This document shows positions 1-18,570 of a stretch of 64,000 bases of DNA, piece by piece. Below the pieces are notes generated by a model. The model made no database searches and was not told the origin of the DNA. It saw nothing but the letters and a program-made list of their open reading frames with translations. Source of the stretch: Malacoraja senta. Taxonomy: Eukaryota. The translations under genes and the position numbers were made by a program. The stretch is from the NCBI GenBank assembly GCA_038087875.1, contig JAXLNO010000385.1, positions 186,001 through 250,000 of the forward strand, written 5' to 3'. Within the stretch, counting starts at the first letter, position 1. Each line of letters starts with the position of its first letter.

Positions 1-207
1 TCAGAACTACCCCGCCATCGACTTCTTAATATCGAGGCTCAACACCTATTTCTACCCAATAGCGTTTTTGAGGCCCTCTGAGGGAGCGCTGTAAACAGTT
101 TGTGTATGTATTGTTAGCTCTGTGTACCATTGTATGTAGGACATTAGTATCTGCTCTGCTCTACAGCACTTTGGTCAACGAGACTTGATTTTAAATGTGC
201 TATATGT

Positions 208-420
208 TTTCTTCTCGTTTCAACGTGTTGAAAAATCTTCACGAGTCTTCACGAGATTACCGCGTTTCCCGAGTACCCGCCGTTATCGGTACGAGCCGCT
301 AAGAGACGACCCGAGCTCCAACGTACCCGCTACGTACATTCAACGTGCTTACCACGAGTTTGATTTTTTTATCCACTCGGGGGAGCTCTTGAATTACCTC
401 GTACAGTGGGACAGGCACTG
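208..420. mobile_element. Partial Harbinger-type MITE (one terminus ...AGTGGGACAGGCA); mirror at ~13052-13262
   Basis: Terminal motif is shared with the complete hairpin MITEs at 31448, 34427 and 49274 (GCCCCTGTCCCACT). Confidence 0.55.
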
Positions 421-857
421 GCACACTTCGCGCTATGACATACCTTTTCTGTCACTAGTGGACGGCTGCATTTCTCATCATATCTGACGCCGTTAGATTT
501 GCCGCAGATGATCTGAAGCCGACGTAAACAATGCATGGAAAACACAAATTGATGGAGCAAATCTGCGAGTCGAGCAGAAACTGTGCAGGGAATGGACAGA
601 CGGCGTTTTGTATCAGAACCACGAAGATCTGGGGGAATAGCCCATCGAGAAACAGCGCCTGTCTATCCGCATCACAAATGCTGCCTGGTCCATTGAGTAC
701 TGTGCTGCCCCCCGCTGCAGGATGCAAATAATTTGGAGAGGGCGTTGAAATGTTAGCATGTTGGTGAAAATGCAAAGGCTGGATGGAAGAGGGCAAAGTT
801 CAGTTGAGATGTGTGGGGCATGTTTCTATATGTAGAGGGTGACCGATGCCTGAATTT

Positions 858-1126
858 TTTTAGAACGGAGACGAGGAAACACTTTTTCTCACAGAGAGTG
901 GTGTCTGTGGAATTCTCTGCCTCAGAGGGCGGTGGGGGCCGGTTCTCTGGAATCTTTCAAGAGAGAGCTAGATAGGGCTCTTAAAAATAGCGGAGTCAGG
1001 GAATATGGGGAGAAGGCAGGAAGGGGGTACTGATTGGGGATGATCAGCCATGATCACATTGAATGGCGGTGTTGGCTCGAAGGGCCAAATGGCCTGCTCC
1101 TGCACCTATTGTCTATTGTCTATTGA
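858..1126 (+). mobile_element. CR1 LINE 3' fragment (mirror ~12343-12612, -)
   Basis: RTETRKHFFSQRVV-type C-terminus, conserved 3'UTR GGCTCGAAGGGCCAAATGGCCT and (CTATTGT)n tail. Confidence 0.85.
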
Positions 1127-1661
1127 AATGTTCTTCTCGTGTCGGTGGTGGAGGCTGTTAGTATCAATGGAGTTTATGAGACATTGTATGGGCATGTGGA
1201 TATGCAAAAACCTGAGAGATCTCCATCAGAGTAAGCAAATTACATTATTTATCTTGACATCATGTTCGACCCTGACTTTGCCTTTCCCTGTGTTGCATAG
1301 AAACATAGAAAATAGGTGCAGGAGGAGGCCATTCGGCCCTTCGAGCCAGCACCGCCATTCATTGTGATCATGGCTGATCATCCCCAATCAATCCCATAAG
1401 TTGTACATGTCTATATTCGATACATAACTACACAAGATATGGTTAAGAAAATAATAGCATGGTGCAGAATGCAGATTTGCGTTTATTATTCTTGTGTGCA
1501 CCGCGTTAAATCGAAAAGGTTTGTTTTTTCCCGTTATTGGAACAAAAAAAGCTGTACAATAAATAAACACAATCATATCAAAAACAAGATCATTTGATCG
1601 AGCAAGAGGGAAGATTGTTAGAATATAGTCCTTCGCATTGGCAGCGCATTAGCCCCATAAA

Positions 1662-1995
1662 AGGGCGGTCACGGTGGTGCAGCGGTAGAGTTGCTGCCTT
1701 ACAGCGAATGCAGCGCCGGAGACCCGGGTTCGATCCCGACTACGGGTGCTGTCTAGACGGAGCTTGTACGTTCTCCCCGTGACCTGCGTGGGTTTTCTTG
1801 GAGATCTTCGGTATCCTCCACACTCCAAAGATGTACAGGTTTCTAAGTTAATTGACTTGGGGAAAATGTAAAAATGGTGTCTAGTGGGAGTAGAAGAGTG
1901 TTAATGTGCGGGGATCGCTGGTCGGCGCCGACCCGGTGGGCCGAGGGGCCTGTTTCTGGGCTGCATCTCTAAAACTAAAACTAAATAAAACTAAA
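1662..1995 (+). mobile_element. tRNA-derived V-SINE (HE1-like)
   Basis: Pol III A box (TGGTGCAGCGG), B box (GGTTCGATCCC), V-domain-like core GTACGTTCTCCCCGTGACCTGCGTGGGTTTT, CR1-like tail GGGCCGAGGGGCCTGTTTC and (CTAAAA)n end. Confidence 0.85.
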
Positions 1996-1999
1996 GACC

Positions 2000-2435
2000 A
2001 AGTCAGCTGTCCACGTTGGGAAATGGTGAATCACGCACTCATGGCTTGTGGAAGGACCGTCAGGAAACATAATAGCAGAGGGGAAAAGAGGTTTCTTAGT
2101 GTGGTGGTGCGCGCGTTCAAGCCTCTGTACCTTTAGCCGGACCGGAGCAGCGTGGATGCGTGGATGTTTATTTTCAATGTCGTCGAATTTGAGGAAGGAT
2201 TTGATTTTAGCTATTGTACGAAGGTGGAAGAATCCAACTTCTACAACAGCGTTGACTTCCTTGTCAAACTTCAATGCGAAGTCAAATATCACGCCAAGTT
2301 TTTTGACATGCGGTTTGACTAAGTAGGTTAGGCATCCAAGGCTGCCTGCTGTCGTTTTGATGGAGTCAGACTTGGTAATCATTGGTAATATTAATTCCAA
2401 GGAACTTGAAGATCTTAACCATTTCGTATTGAGCA
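2000..2435 (-). mobile_element. L2 RT fragment (~2140-2435) fused to a Rex1/Babar-like 3' end (~2000-2135); mirror at 11030-11465 (+)
   Basis: KKLGVIFDSALKFDKEVNAVV...FFQLRTIAK (L2 RT region), followed by a decayed RRYRSL...FFPSAI-type Rex1 terminus. Confidence 0.7.
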
Positions 2436-2438
2436 GGC

Positions 2439-8579
<6,141 letters not shown>

Positions 8580-8779
8580 NNNNNNNNNNNNNNNNNNNNN
8601 NNNNNNNNNNNNNNNNNNNNNNNNNNNNNNNNNNNNNNNNNNNNNNNNNNNNNNNNNNNNNNNNNNNNNNNNNNNNNNNNNNNNNNNNNNNNNNNNNNNN
8701 NNNNNNNNNNNNNNNNNNNNNNNNNNNNNNNNNNNNNNNNNNNNNNNNNNNNNNNNNNNNNNNNNNNNNNNNNNNNNNN
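8580..8779. other. Assembly gap (200 N)
   Basis: Run of N. Confidence 1.
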
Positions 8780-9045
8780 CTGGGAAGGGGAGGATACAGC
8801 AAGGGCTAACAAAATTGGGAGAATTCAATGTTCATGCCCCCCAGGATGCAGACTCCCCAAGCGGAATATGAGGTGTTGTTCCTCCAATTTCCGGTGTTGC
8901 TCGTTCTGGTCATGGAGGAGGCCCAGGAAAGAAAGGTCGGATGCGGAATGGGAGGGGGAGTTGAGGTGCTGAGCCACCGGGAGGTCAGGTTGGTTATTGC
9001 GGACCGAGCGGAGGTGGTCGGCGAAACGATCGCCAAGCCTCCGCT
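8780..9045 (-). mobile_element. Penelope-like element, GIY-YIG endonuclease C-terminal fragment
   Basis: RRLGDRFADHLRSVRNNQPDLPVAQHLNSPSHS...RKLEEQHLIFRLGSLHPGG, then shifted-frame MNIEFS; typical vertebrate PLE GIY-YIG end. Confidence 0.85.
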
Positions 9046-9089
9046 TACAGAACCGGTGATTCCAGTGCTGTGTCAAATGATCATGGAAA

Positions 9090-9711
9090 CAGCATGGAAA
9101 CTGGCCCTTCAGCCCGACTCATCCATGCAGATCGAGATGTCTATCTACGTTAATCTCATTCACTTGTATTTGTTCCATTCATACCCATATCCCTGATATA
9201 TGATGAAATAATGGATTGACTGGGGTAATATACACTGGAATTTGGAAGGATGAGAGGCCATCTGCTCGAAACATATAAAATTCTTAAAGGATTGGGCAGG
9301 CGAGATGCGGAAAAATGTTCCAGATGTTGGGGGAGTCCAGAACCAGGATGTCACAGTTTAAGAATAAGGGGTAGGTGATTTAGGAATGAGATGAGGAAAA
9401 ACGTTTTCACCCAGTGAGTTGTGAGTCTGTGGAATTCTCTGCCACATAACATAGAAACATAGAAAATAAGTGCAGGAGCAGGCCATTCGGCCCTTCGAGC
9501 CTGCACCGCCAATCAATATGATCATGGCTGATCACCCAACTCAGTATCCTGTACCTACCTTCTCTCCATACCCCCTGATCCCTTTAGCCACAAGGGCTAC
9601 ATCTAACTCCCTCTTAAATATAGCCAATGAACTGGCCTCAACTACCTTCTGTGGCAGAGAATTCCACAGATTCACCACTCACTGTGTGAAAAATGTTTTT
9701 CTCATCTCATT
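9090..9711. mobile_element. Cluster of CR1 3' fragments in both orientations
   Basis: GGGGAGTCCAGAACCAGG...CTGTGGAATTCTCTGCC (+) abutting CATAGAAACATAG...TTTCTCATCTC (-). Confidence 0.8.
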
Positions 9712-9797
9712 GAGATAGAGATAGAGAGATAGAGAGACAGATAGAGAGACAGATAGATAGAGAGACAGATAGATAGAGAGACAGATAGATAGATAGT

Positions 9798-9852
<55 letters not shown>

Positions 9853-10168
9853 TTAGATAGATAGTTAGAGATAGATAGATAGATAGATAGATAGTTAGAG
9901 ATAGATAGATAGATAGTTAGATAGATAGTTAGAGATAGATAGATAGATAGTTAGAGATAGATAGAGATAGATAGAGATAGATAGAGATAGATAGAGATAG
10001 ATAGAGATAGATAGAGATAGATAGAGATAGATAGAGATAGATAGAAATAGATAGAGATAGATAGAGATAGATAGAGATAGATAGAGATAGATAGAGATAG
10101 ATAGAGATAGATAGAGATAGATAGAGATAGATAGAGATAGATAGAGATCGATAGAGATAGATAGAGAT

Positions 10169-10227
<59 letters not shown>

Positions 10228-10254
10228 TAGAGATAGAGATAGAGAGATAGAGAT

Positions 10255-10287
<33 letters not shown>

Positions 10288-10796
10288 GATAGATAGAGAG
10301 AGATAGATAGAGAGAGATAGATAGATAGAGATAGATAGAGATAGATAGATAGAGATAGATAGATAGAGATAGATAGATAGAGATAGATAGATAGAGATAG
10401 ATAGATAGAGATAGATAGATAGAGATAGATAGATAGAGATAGATAGATAGATAGAGATAGATAGATAGATAGAGATAGATAGATAGATAGAGATAGATAG
10501 ATAGATAGAGATAGATAGATAGATAGAGATAGATAGATAGATAGAGATAGATAGATAGATAGATAGAGATAGATAGATAGATATAGATAGATAGATAGAT
10601 AGAGATAGATAGATAGAGATAGATAGAGATAGAGATAGATAGAGATAGATAGATAGAGATAGATAGATAGAGATAGATAGATAGAGATAGAGATAGATAG
10701 AGATAGAGATAGATAGAGATAGATAGAGATAGATAGAGATAGATAGAGATAGATAGAGATAGATAGAGATAGATAGAGATAGATAGAGATAGATAG

Positions 10797-10851
<55 letters not shown>

Positions 10852-11025
10852 GAGATAGATAGATAGATAGATAGAGAGACAGATAGAGAGACAGAGAGGG
10901 ACAGATAGAGAGACAGATAGAGAGACAGAGAGGGACAGATAGAGAGACAGATAGATAGACAGATAAATAGACAGATAGATAGATAGACAGATAGATAGAT
11001 AGACAGATAGATAGATAGGTAGATA
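9712..11025 (+). repeat. (TAGA)n-derived array with 10/14/18-bp AGATAG-AGAT units
   Basis: Directly visible. It is the reverse-complement counterpart of the left array but with a different unit structure. Confidence 0.98.
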
Positions 11026-11470
11026 CGCATGCTCAATAAGAAATGGTTAAGATCTTCAAGTTCCTTGGAATTAATATTACCAATGATTACCAAGTCTGAC
11101 TCCATCAACACGATAGCAGGCAGCCTTGGATGCCTAACCTCCTTAGTCAAATCGCATGTCAAAAAACTTGGCGTGATATTTGACTCCGCATTGAAGTTTG
11201 ACAAGGAAGTCAACGCTGTGGTAGAAGTTGGATTCTTCCAGCTTCGTACAATAGCTAAAACCAAATCCTTCCTCAAATTCGACGACATTGAAAAAAAACA
11301 TCCACGCATCCACGCTGCTCCCGTCCGGCTAAAGGTACAGAGGCTTGAACGAACGCACCACCACACTAAGAAACATCTTTTCCCCTCTGCTATTATGTTT
11401 CCTGACGGTCCTTCCACAAGCCATGAGTACGCGATTCACCACTTCCCCAACGTGGACAGCTGACTTGGTC

Positions 11471-11805
11471 TTTAGTTTTATTTAGTTTTAGTTTTAGAGA
11501 TGCAGCCCAGAAACAGGCCCTTCGGCCCACCGGGTCGGCGCCGACCAGCGATCCCCGCAAATTAACACTATTCTACTCCCACTAGGGACCATTTTTACAT
11601 TTTCCGCAAGTCAATTAACCTAGAAACCTGTACGTCTTTGGAGTGTGGGAGGATACCGAAGATCTCGGAGAAAACACACGCAGAACACGGGGAGAACGTA
11701 CAAACTCCGTACAGACAGCACCCGTAGTCGGGATCGAACCCGGGTCTCCGGCGCTGCATTCGCTGTAAGGCAGCAACTCTACCGCTGCACCATCGTGACC
11801 GCCCT
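11471..11805 (-). mobile_element. V-SINE (HE1-like), mirror copy in IR1
   Basis: Reverse complement of 1662-1995. Confidence 0.85.
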
Positions 11806-13264
11806 TCTATGAGGCTAATACGCTGCAATGCAAAGGACTAGATTCTAACAATCTTCCCTCTTGATCGATCAAATGATCTTGTTTTTGATATGATTGTGTT
11901 TATTTATTGTACAGCTTTTTTTGTTCCAATAACGGGTAAAAAAAAACATTTTCGATTTAACGCGGTGCACACAAGAATAATAAACGCAAATTTGCATTCT
12001 GCACCATGGTATTATTTTCTTAACAATATCTTGTGTACTTATGTATCGAAGATAGACATTTACAACTATGGGATTGATTGGGGATGATCAGCCATGATCA
12101 CAATGAATGGCGGTGCTGGCTCAAAGGGCCGAATGGCCTCCTGCACCTATTTTCTATGTTTCTATGCAACACAGGGAAAGGCAAAGTCTGGGTCGAACAT
12201 GATGTCAAGATAAATTAATGTAATCTGCTTACTCAAATTGATGGAGATCTCTCAGGTTTTTGCATATCCACATGCCCATACAAATGCCTCATAAACTCCA
12301 TTGATACCAACAGCCTCCATCACCGACACGAGAAGAACATTTCAATAGACAATAGACAATAGGTTCAGGAGCAGGCCATTTGGCCCTTCGAGCCAACACC
12401 GCCATTCAATGTGATCATGGCTGATCATCCACAATCAGTACCCCGTTCCTGCCTTGTCCCCATATCCCCTGACTCCGCTATTTTTAAGAGCCCTATCTAT
12501 CTCTCTCTTGAAAGATTCCAGAGAACCGGCCTCCACCGCCCTCTGAGGCAGAGAATTCCACAGACTCACCACTCTCTGTGAGAAAAAGTGCTTCCTCGTC
12601 TCCGTTCTAATAAAATTCAGCCATCGGTCACCCTCTACATATAGAAACATGCCCCACACATCTCAATTGAACTTTGCCCTCTTCCATCCAGCCTTTGCAT
12701 TTTCACCAACATGCTAACATTTCAACGCCCTCTCCAAATTCTTTGCATCCTGCAGCGGGGGGCAGTACAGTACTCAATGGATCAGGCAGCATTTGTGATG
12801 CGGATAGACAGGCGTTGTTTCTCGATGGGCTATTCCCCCAGATCTTCGTGGTTCCGATACAAAACGCCGTCTGTCCATTCCCTGCACAGTTTCTGCTCGA
12901 CTCGCAGATTTGCTCCATCAATTTGTGTTTTCCACGCATTGTTTACGTCGGCTTCAGATCATCTGCGGCAAATCTAACGTCGTCAGATATGATGAGAAAT
13001 GCAGCCGTCAACTAATGACAAAAAAGGTATGTCATAGCGCGAAGTGTGCCAGTGCCTGTCCCACTGTACGAGGTAATTCAAGAGCTCTCCCGATTGGATA
13101 AAAAATCAAACTCGTGGTAAGCACGTTGAATGTACGTAGCGGGTACGTCGGAGCTCGGGGACGTCTCTTAGCGGCTCGTACAGATAACGGCATGTACTCG
13201 GGAAACGCGGTAAGCTCGTGAAGAGTCGTGAAGATTTTTCAACACGTTGAAACGAGAAGAAAAC

Positions 13265-13650
13265 ATATAGCACATTTAAAATCAAGTCTCGTTGACCAAA
13301 GTGCTGTAGACCAGAGCAGATACTAATGTGCTACATACAATGGTACACAGAGCTAACAATACATACACAAACTGTTTACAGCGCTCCCTCAGAGGGCCTC
13401 AAAAACGCTATTGGGTAGAAGTAGGTTTTTGAGCCTCGATTTAAAGAAGTCGATGATGAGGAGTTCTGATGAGGAGAGGGTTGCTGTTCCACAGTCTAGG
13501 TGCTGCAACCGCAAAAGCGCGGTCACCCCTGAGCTCAAACCTAGACCGCGAGATAGTCAGTAGCCCCAAGTCGGCCGACCTGAGGGACCTGGAGGTAGAA
13601 TGGTGGGTTAGAAGATTTTTGATACAGGAGGGGGCAAGCCCGTTAGGGTG
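13265..13650 (-). mobile_element. L2-clade LINE 3' end (mirror of its tail at 1-~205, +)
   Basis: Translation GLAPSCIKNLL...RSLRSADLGLLTISRSRFELRGDRAFAVAAPRLWNS is the typical L2 ORF2 C-terminus. Confidence 0.8.
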
Positions 13651-13941
13651 ATTGGACGGGTGCATTTATAGGATCGGTTAAAATGAATGTCGGGGAATCG
13701 CGGGCAAATCGGACTCGCGTTGATGGCGCATCTCGGTTTGCAGAGATGAATTGAGCCAAAGTGACAGATTCAGTGATGTATGATTCTATAACTTCTACGA
13801 GTGATGGTTCAAATGGCCATTGCAAGCTGTTCCGTGTGAGTATGTGCGTAGTGGAGATTCTGAGCAGTTGAATGGGAATATTGGGAGGACAAACACTGAT
13901 GGGAGCAAATGTATGTTGAACTATCGGCGTGGATCAGAGGG

Positions 13942-14845
13942 TCACGGACGTACAAGTGCACGAATTGCACTCACTGGGAATTTAACCGCGTTGATCAGCT
14001 CAGCCCTGAATTTACTCTGGGTCACCATGTAAATACACGTGTTGGTGCAGGTACTGAGCAGCTGCAGGAACGTCGATGTGACATCTGTGATATAGTAATA
14101 ACCGGTGAGGGTGTAGTCAAATCGCACCTTCGCAATTCTCTTAAAGATGTAAAATATGGCCTGTGTTGCCCACAGCAGGACGAAAGTGCCCGTGATCTGA
14201 AGAGTAAAACAATGGATTTCCTGCGGTTCTCCATCTCCGGGTCCTTGTCATTCTCTCCGTTGCTTTTTCCCCGGAGCCCCCTGCGGACTCTGCTGGCCGC
14301 CACAATCCGCCTGACCGTCAGCACATTGAGCAGAAGGATCAGAAAGAACGGGATACAAGGGGTTAGAACGCGGTGTGTGACATCATATGCGATCCATGCA
14401 GACGACGTAAAGAAGGTGGGTTTGATGGAGCAACGCCAGGGAAGATTATCAAACACGTAGTAAGGTTCGAACGTAAAACACCAAGGAACGTTCTCTAAAC
14501 AGCCCAGCACACTCACTGCCCCGATAATCACAGCCGCCGTTCTCTCAGTGCAATATCTTGTTTTCAGCTTCTCACAGCAAATAGCCACAAACCGATCGAA
14601 GGTGAAGGCGACCGTCAGCCAGACAGAGACCGCGGTGGATGCAAAGACCAGGAAATAGGTAGTCGCGCACACGGGAGTAATGTTCAGCAAAGAATACGGG
14701 AAGTGAAATTCAATAGTCTGACGGAGAAACGGATCGGTGATGCCGACCAGGAGATCAGACGCTGCCATGGCCACCAGGTAGAGAGTGATGCATTTGGAGA
14801 GACCGCATTTACCTCGACAGAGAATCACAATCGCCAACAAGTTCA
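13942..14845 (-). pseudogene. GPR139/GPR142-like class A GPCR, exon 2 (TM1 end to TM7), 1-bp frameshift at ~14196
   Basis: VNLLAIVILCRGKCGLS, LVAMAASDLLV (TM2), AFTFDRFVAIC (DRY-like), RRKSIVLLF; then shifted frame ITGTFVLLWATQ...LLSTCTNTCIYMVTQSKFRAEL (TM7/helix 8), stop at 13942. Splice acceptor ttctctctctcacag at 14846. Confidence 0.9.
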
Positions 14846-16353
14846 CTGTGAGAGAGAGAAGAGATATTACTGACATAAGGCCCGCACAAAAGCATGTGAG
14901 GGACATTGTCTGATTGGAAGGTTTTCAAACTTCAAATTTGGTTGACCAAATGACCTTTAGCCCAGACCACGTTCAGAGACTACAGCCTTTGGACCACGGT
15001 GTCCACGCACCTCATCAAACACCAATGTATATTACTTTCACAGCTTTTAATACTGCCCATATTCTTATGAACTGTCTCCAGATTGTAGCATCCATCTACA
15101 CTGTCCCATGGACAGTAGTTACAGAAACCATTAATAGGCAGGTCAATTGCATGTGGGAGGAAACATGCGCACAGCCAAGATTAGCGTCGAGTCGGAGGAC
15201 GAACGATGAAACATTGCTCATAAAGCACGGGAGGGTGGAGATTGAACATGCGACTCCGGAATTGTGTGACACCGGCAGTCAGGCACGTAAATCGCTATTA
15301 AAACATGGAGGGGGGGGGGGGGGTGGGGGGGACGGTAACATCGGAAGCTGACCTGGTTGGTGACGGACTCCGAAATCCAGCAACAGCAGCTTCGTCCGCC
15401 GCGAATGGTGGGGCTTGAATCGGTCCGTTCGCGGGACCTTTCATCGGCCGGCGGGGGCTTCAACATTGGGAGCCTCGATCGCCTGGATGCAGCAGGTTGA
15501 TTTTAAGCCGCGCTGGGCGATGAAAGGCCACGCGAACTGGCCGATTCAGCCCATAGAAAATGTCTGATAAATTCCGGATTACAAAAATAGGCGGGATTGC
15601 CCCCCACCTCTCAAAGCACCGGGGGGGGGGGGGTGCTCGCGTCCCTACCCAGAATTTCCGCCCATGCAGGCAGTACTGACTGTGGCACGGTGGCGAAGAT
15701 GTACAGATACATCTGCGGATATAATTCGAATATACAGATCGTCCGAAGGAGAAGATATCAAAATACATAACATTAACTGATATAAAATTACGTGTCAGCT
15801 TCTGTTTACATCTGAGGTAACATCTGAGTTTACATCATAGTAAAGTCGTGACACCTTCATAGAGTCAGATCCCAGCTCGTGACATTCACTTGCTTTATCT
15901 CATGAGCTGTAGCATTACAGGTCTAACGCGGGATTACGCTTCACACAGCGACGAGTGCAGAACATATATCGACTATATATTCAGTTAAGCAGGTTTGTCC
16001 GATTGGGAACACATGTCATTTCACTAACTCGTTTCAGACTCTCCACGGAAGGAACCCAAGTTGCCATTGTCACAGCTCCTGACCAACATACCAGGGTGTG
16101 ATTATCTGATACCTGCTGGCTGGTCAGGGCTCTGGCCGGCGCAATCAGTACAGACAGTGATCCAGGCCAGGATAAACAACGGGCATGACGTGCACATTGC
16201 GGCAGTTACAGTAGGAACATGGATGTCTAACCAAATTAAACAAGTGAATTATTGAAACACAAACAATGTTTGTTTAACGTCGGCACCGCCGGAGTTTACG
16301 GAATGTCTCACAGCTAATGCGCGTACATAAAAATCAGAGACAAACCAAATTAC

Positions 16354-16423
16354 CGAAAACAGCGACAGCCGCTATTGTAGGGTAATATATATATTGAATT
16401 CGCTGGATCAATTGATGTCCCAT
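16354..16423 (-). CDS. GPR139/142-like GPCR exon 1 (MGHQLIQRIQYIYYPTIAAVAVF + G), not in the ORF track
   Basis: ATG at 16423; GT donor (GTAATT) at 16353; phase-1 join G|TG gives Val in frame with exon 2, reconstituting the TM1 motif YYPxxAxxxxxVN. Confidence 0.85.
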
Positions 16424-16680
16424 AGCTGGAAGACACAATTAACTCCTGTGGCTCCGTCAGTCCGTCGTCGCTGTAGCTCTGTGGCGATGCCTTCTGGTGG
16501 GCACCGACATATATAGAGCGATAGGTCTCCAGCGACATGACCTCATACCTGCTGATTGACATTAGTGACACTCACGGAACAAACACCTTGCGCCACAGCC
16601 ATTGACTCCAACATGGGAGATGACAAGCGAATAACTTGGGGATCGAGTAAAAAAACAACACGAAGCGAGTCGTTGAAAAC

Positions 16681-16780
16681 AGAGTCTGAAGAATGGTCAC
16701 TATCCGAAACGTCCCCTGTACACGTTCTCCAGAAATGTTGCCTGACCCTCTGTTACACCAGCACTTTGTGTATTTTTCAC
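16681..16780 (+). mobile_element. Short Penelope-LTR-like element with degenerate hammerhead core (CTGAAGA...GAAACGTC)
   Basis: Same family as 40521-40621; stem II is degenerate. Confidence 0.6.
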
Positions 16781-16974
16781 TGAAAACAAGAATTTATGCT
16801 TTCCAATGAAAGAATGGTCCATGACACTGTGTTATTTCATTTAATGTTCGTGTGATTTCGATGGACATCTCCAGTGAACCCATCTACCACACCAGTTTTG
16901 TTTTCCCCCCCCAAAATAAATCATAATTCATACCATGACATCACTGATATTGCAAGACAGATACTGAAATATTC

Positions 16975-17367
16975 ATAGAAGCATAGAAACATGGACATTA
17001 GGTGCAGGAAGAGGCCGTTCGGCCCTTCGAGCCAGCACCTCCATTCATTTTGATCATGGCTGATCGTCCCCAATCAGTAACCCGGGCCTGCCTTCTCCCC
17101 ATATCCCTTGATTCCACTAGCTCCTGGAGCTCTATCTAACTCTCTCTTAAATTCATCCAGTGATTTGGCCTCCACTGCCCTCTGTGGCAGGGAATTCCAC
17201 AAATACACAACTCCCTGGGTGAGAAAGTTTGTTCTCACCTCAGTTTTAAATGGCCTCACCTTTATTCTGGGACTGTGGCCCCTGGTTCTGGACTCGCCCA
17301 ACATTGGGAACATTTTTCCTGCATCTAGCTTGTCCAGTCCTTTTATAATTTTATATGTTTCTATAAG
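16975..17367 (-). mobile_element. CR1 LINE 3' fragment
   Basis: LIETYKIIKGLDKLDAGKMFPMLGESRTRGH...LWNSLPQRAVEA plus 3'UTR. Confidence 0.9.
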
Positions 17368-17559
17368 AAATTTCTGTCTCCTTTGCTCAGTCGGAATGTG
17401 CACAGTCTGACCGTGTGCTATGTTTCGCTCAATGATGGTTTCCCTCCGTAATCTGCCATCCCCCTCCCCTCCTCCCCGAACACACTGTGAGACATGGCAT
17501 GTGTAATTTCAGTGTGATTTGGTTTAAGTTAGATACAGCGTGGGAAAGAGGATCTTCGG

Positions 17560-18281
17560 CCACTCGGAGGAAACTCACGCGGTCACAGGGCGAATGTGCA
17601 CACTTACACACAGACAGCAGACGAGGGCAGGATAGAACCCTGGTCTCTGGCGTTTTATAGCAGTAGTGCAACCAATGTGCCGCCCTTGGTGTGATACAGC
17701 GTGGAAACAGGTTCTTCGGCCAAACGTCCAAACCGACCAACGTGTCCCAGTTGCACTAGTCCCTGGCGTCTGGTCCATATCCCTCCAAACCCGTCCTATC
17801 GGTGTAACATTGTAGTGGTTTCTTAATCTTTGGAATAGTCGCAACCTTAACTATCTCCTCTGGCAGCTAGTTCCATACACCCACCGCCCTCTGTGTGGAA
17901 ACGTTACTCCTAGATTCCTATTAACTCTTTTTGTCCTTCACCTTGCATCAACGTCGTCTGGTCAGGCAAACGCCTCCGTTGCCATGCTGTGAAAACGGAG
18001 AGGGTGAGAAGGAGTTTCTTCCCAGAGGCCATTAGGACTGTAAACTCCTATCTCACCAGGGACTAACTTTACTGAACCATTTTACTGTTGTGTGGTGTCT
18101 TTTTAAAAATTGCTGGTTTTTCTTTTCTTCCTCCCACAAATATGTAATATGTGAATATGTGATTCTGTCCATTCTGTTTTGTAGTTTTTTGCACAATCCG
18201 CGAGCATTGCAACTTTCCATGTCACTGCACATCTCGTATGTGTATGTGACGAATAAACTTGACTTGACTTGACTTGGCTTG
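17560..18281. mobile_element. Degenerate V-SINE (-), CR1 3' end (-) and Rex1-like 3' end (+, ~17963-18281); mirrored at ~62975-63700
   Basis: Rex1 terminus KRLRCHAVKTERVRRSFFPEAIRTVNS followed by AATAAA and (ACTTG)n tail; TGGTC on both sides suggests a target duplication. Confidence 0.7.
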
Positions 18282-18570
18282 GTCCTCGATTCACCTACTC
18301 TGACTAATCTATAGGGAGGATGCTCGGCAGTCGAGGTCACGACCCGTGACCTATACTGTTGCCACGCAAGGCCAACTGGAGTACATGCGGTGAACGTCGG
18401 GTAAGCGCTTACCACGGCTTCCAGTGCAACGGGCCCGTATTCTGTCCCAGCATTCGGACTCCACGCTGACTGGTTCCACACTCACGTACCCCGGGCCGTC
18501 TATACCCGCGGCTGGGGGTCTGGGGGTGTTCGAGGGAGGGGGTTGTCGGGGTCCGGTGCCGGTGCAGCGC

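Noticed and set aside
1662..1745. tRNA gene
   Set aside because: The A/B boxes belong to a SINE head; no cloverleaf, and it continues into the V-domain and LINE-derived tail.
13909..14460. 183-aa + strand ORF
   Set aside because: Antisense shadow of the GPCR exon.
14846..14906. ORF-track N-terminus MSLTCFCAG for the GPCR
   Set aside because: Intron sequence upstream of a strong acceptor; the true TM1 start is supplied by exon 1 at 16354-16423.
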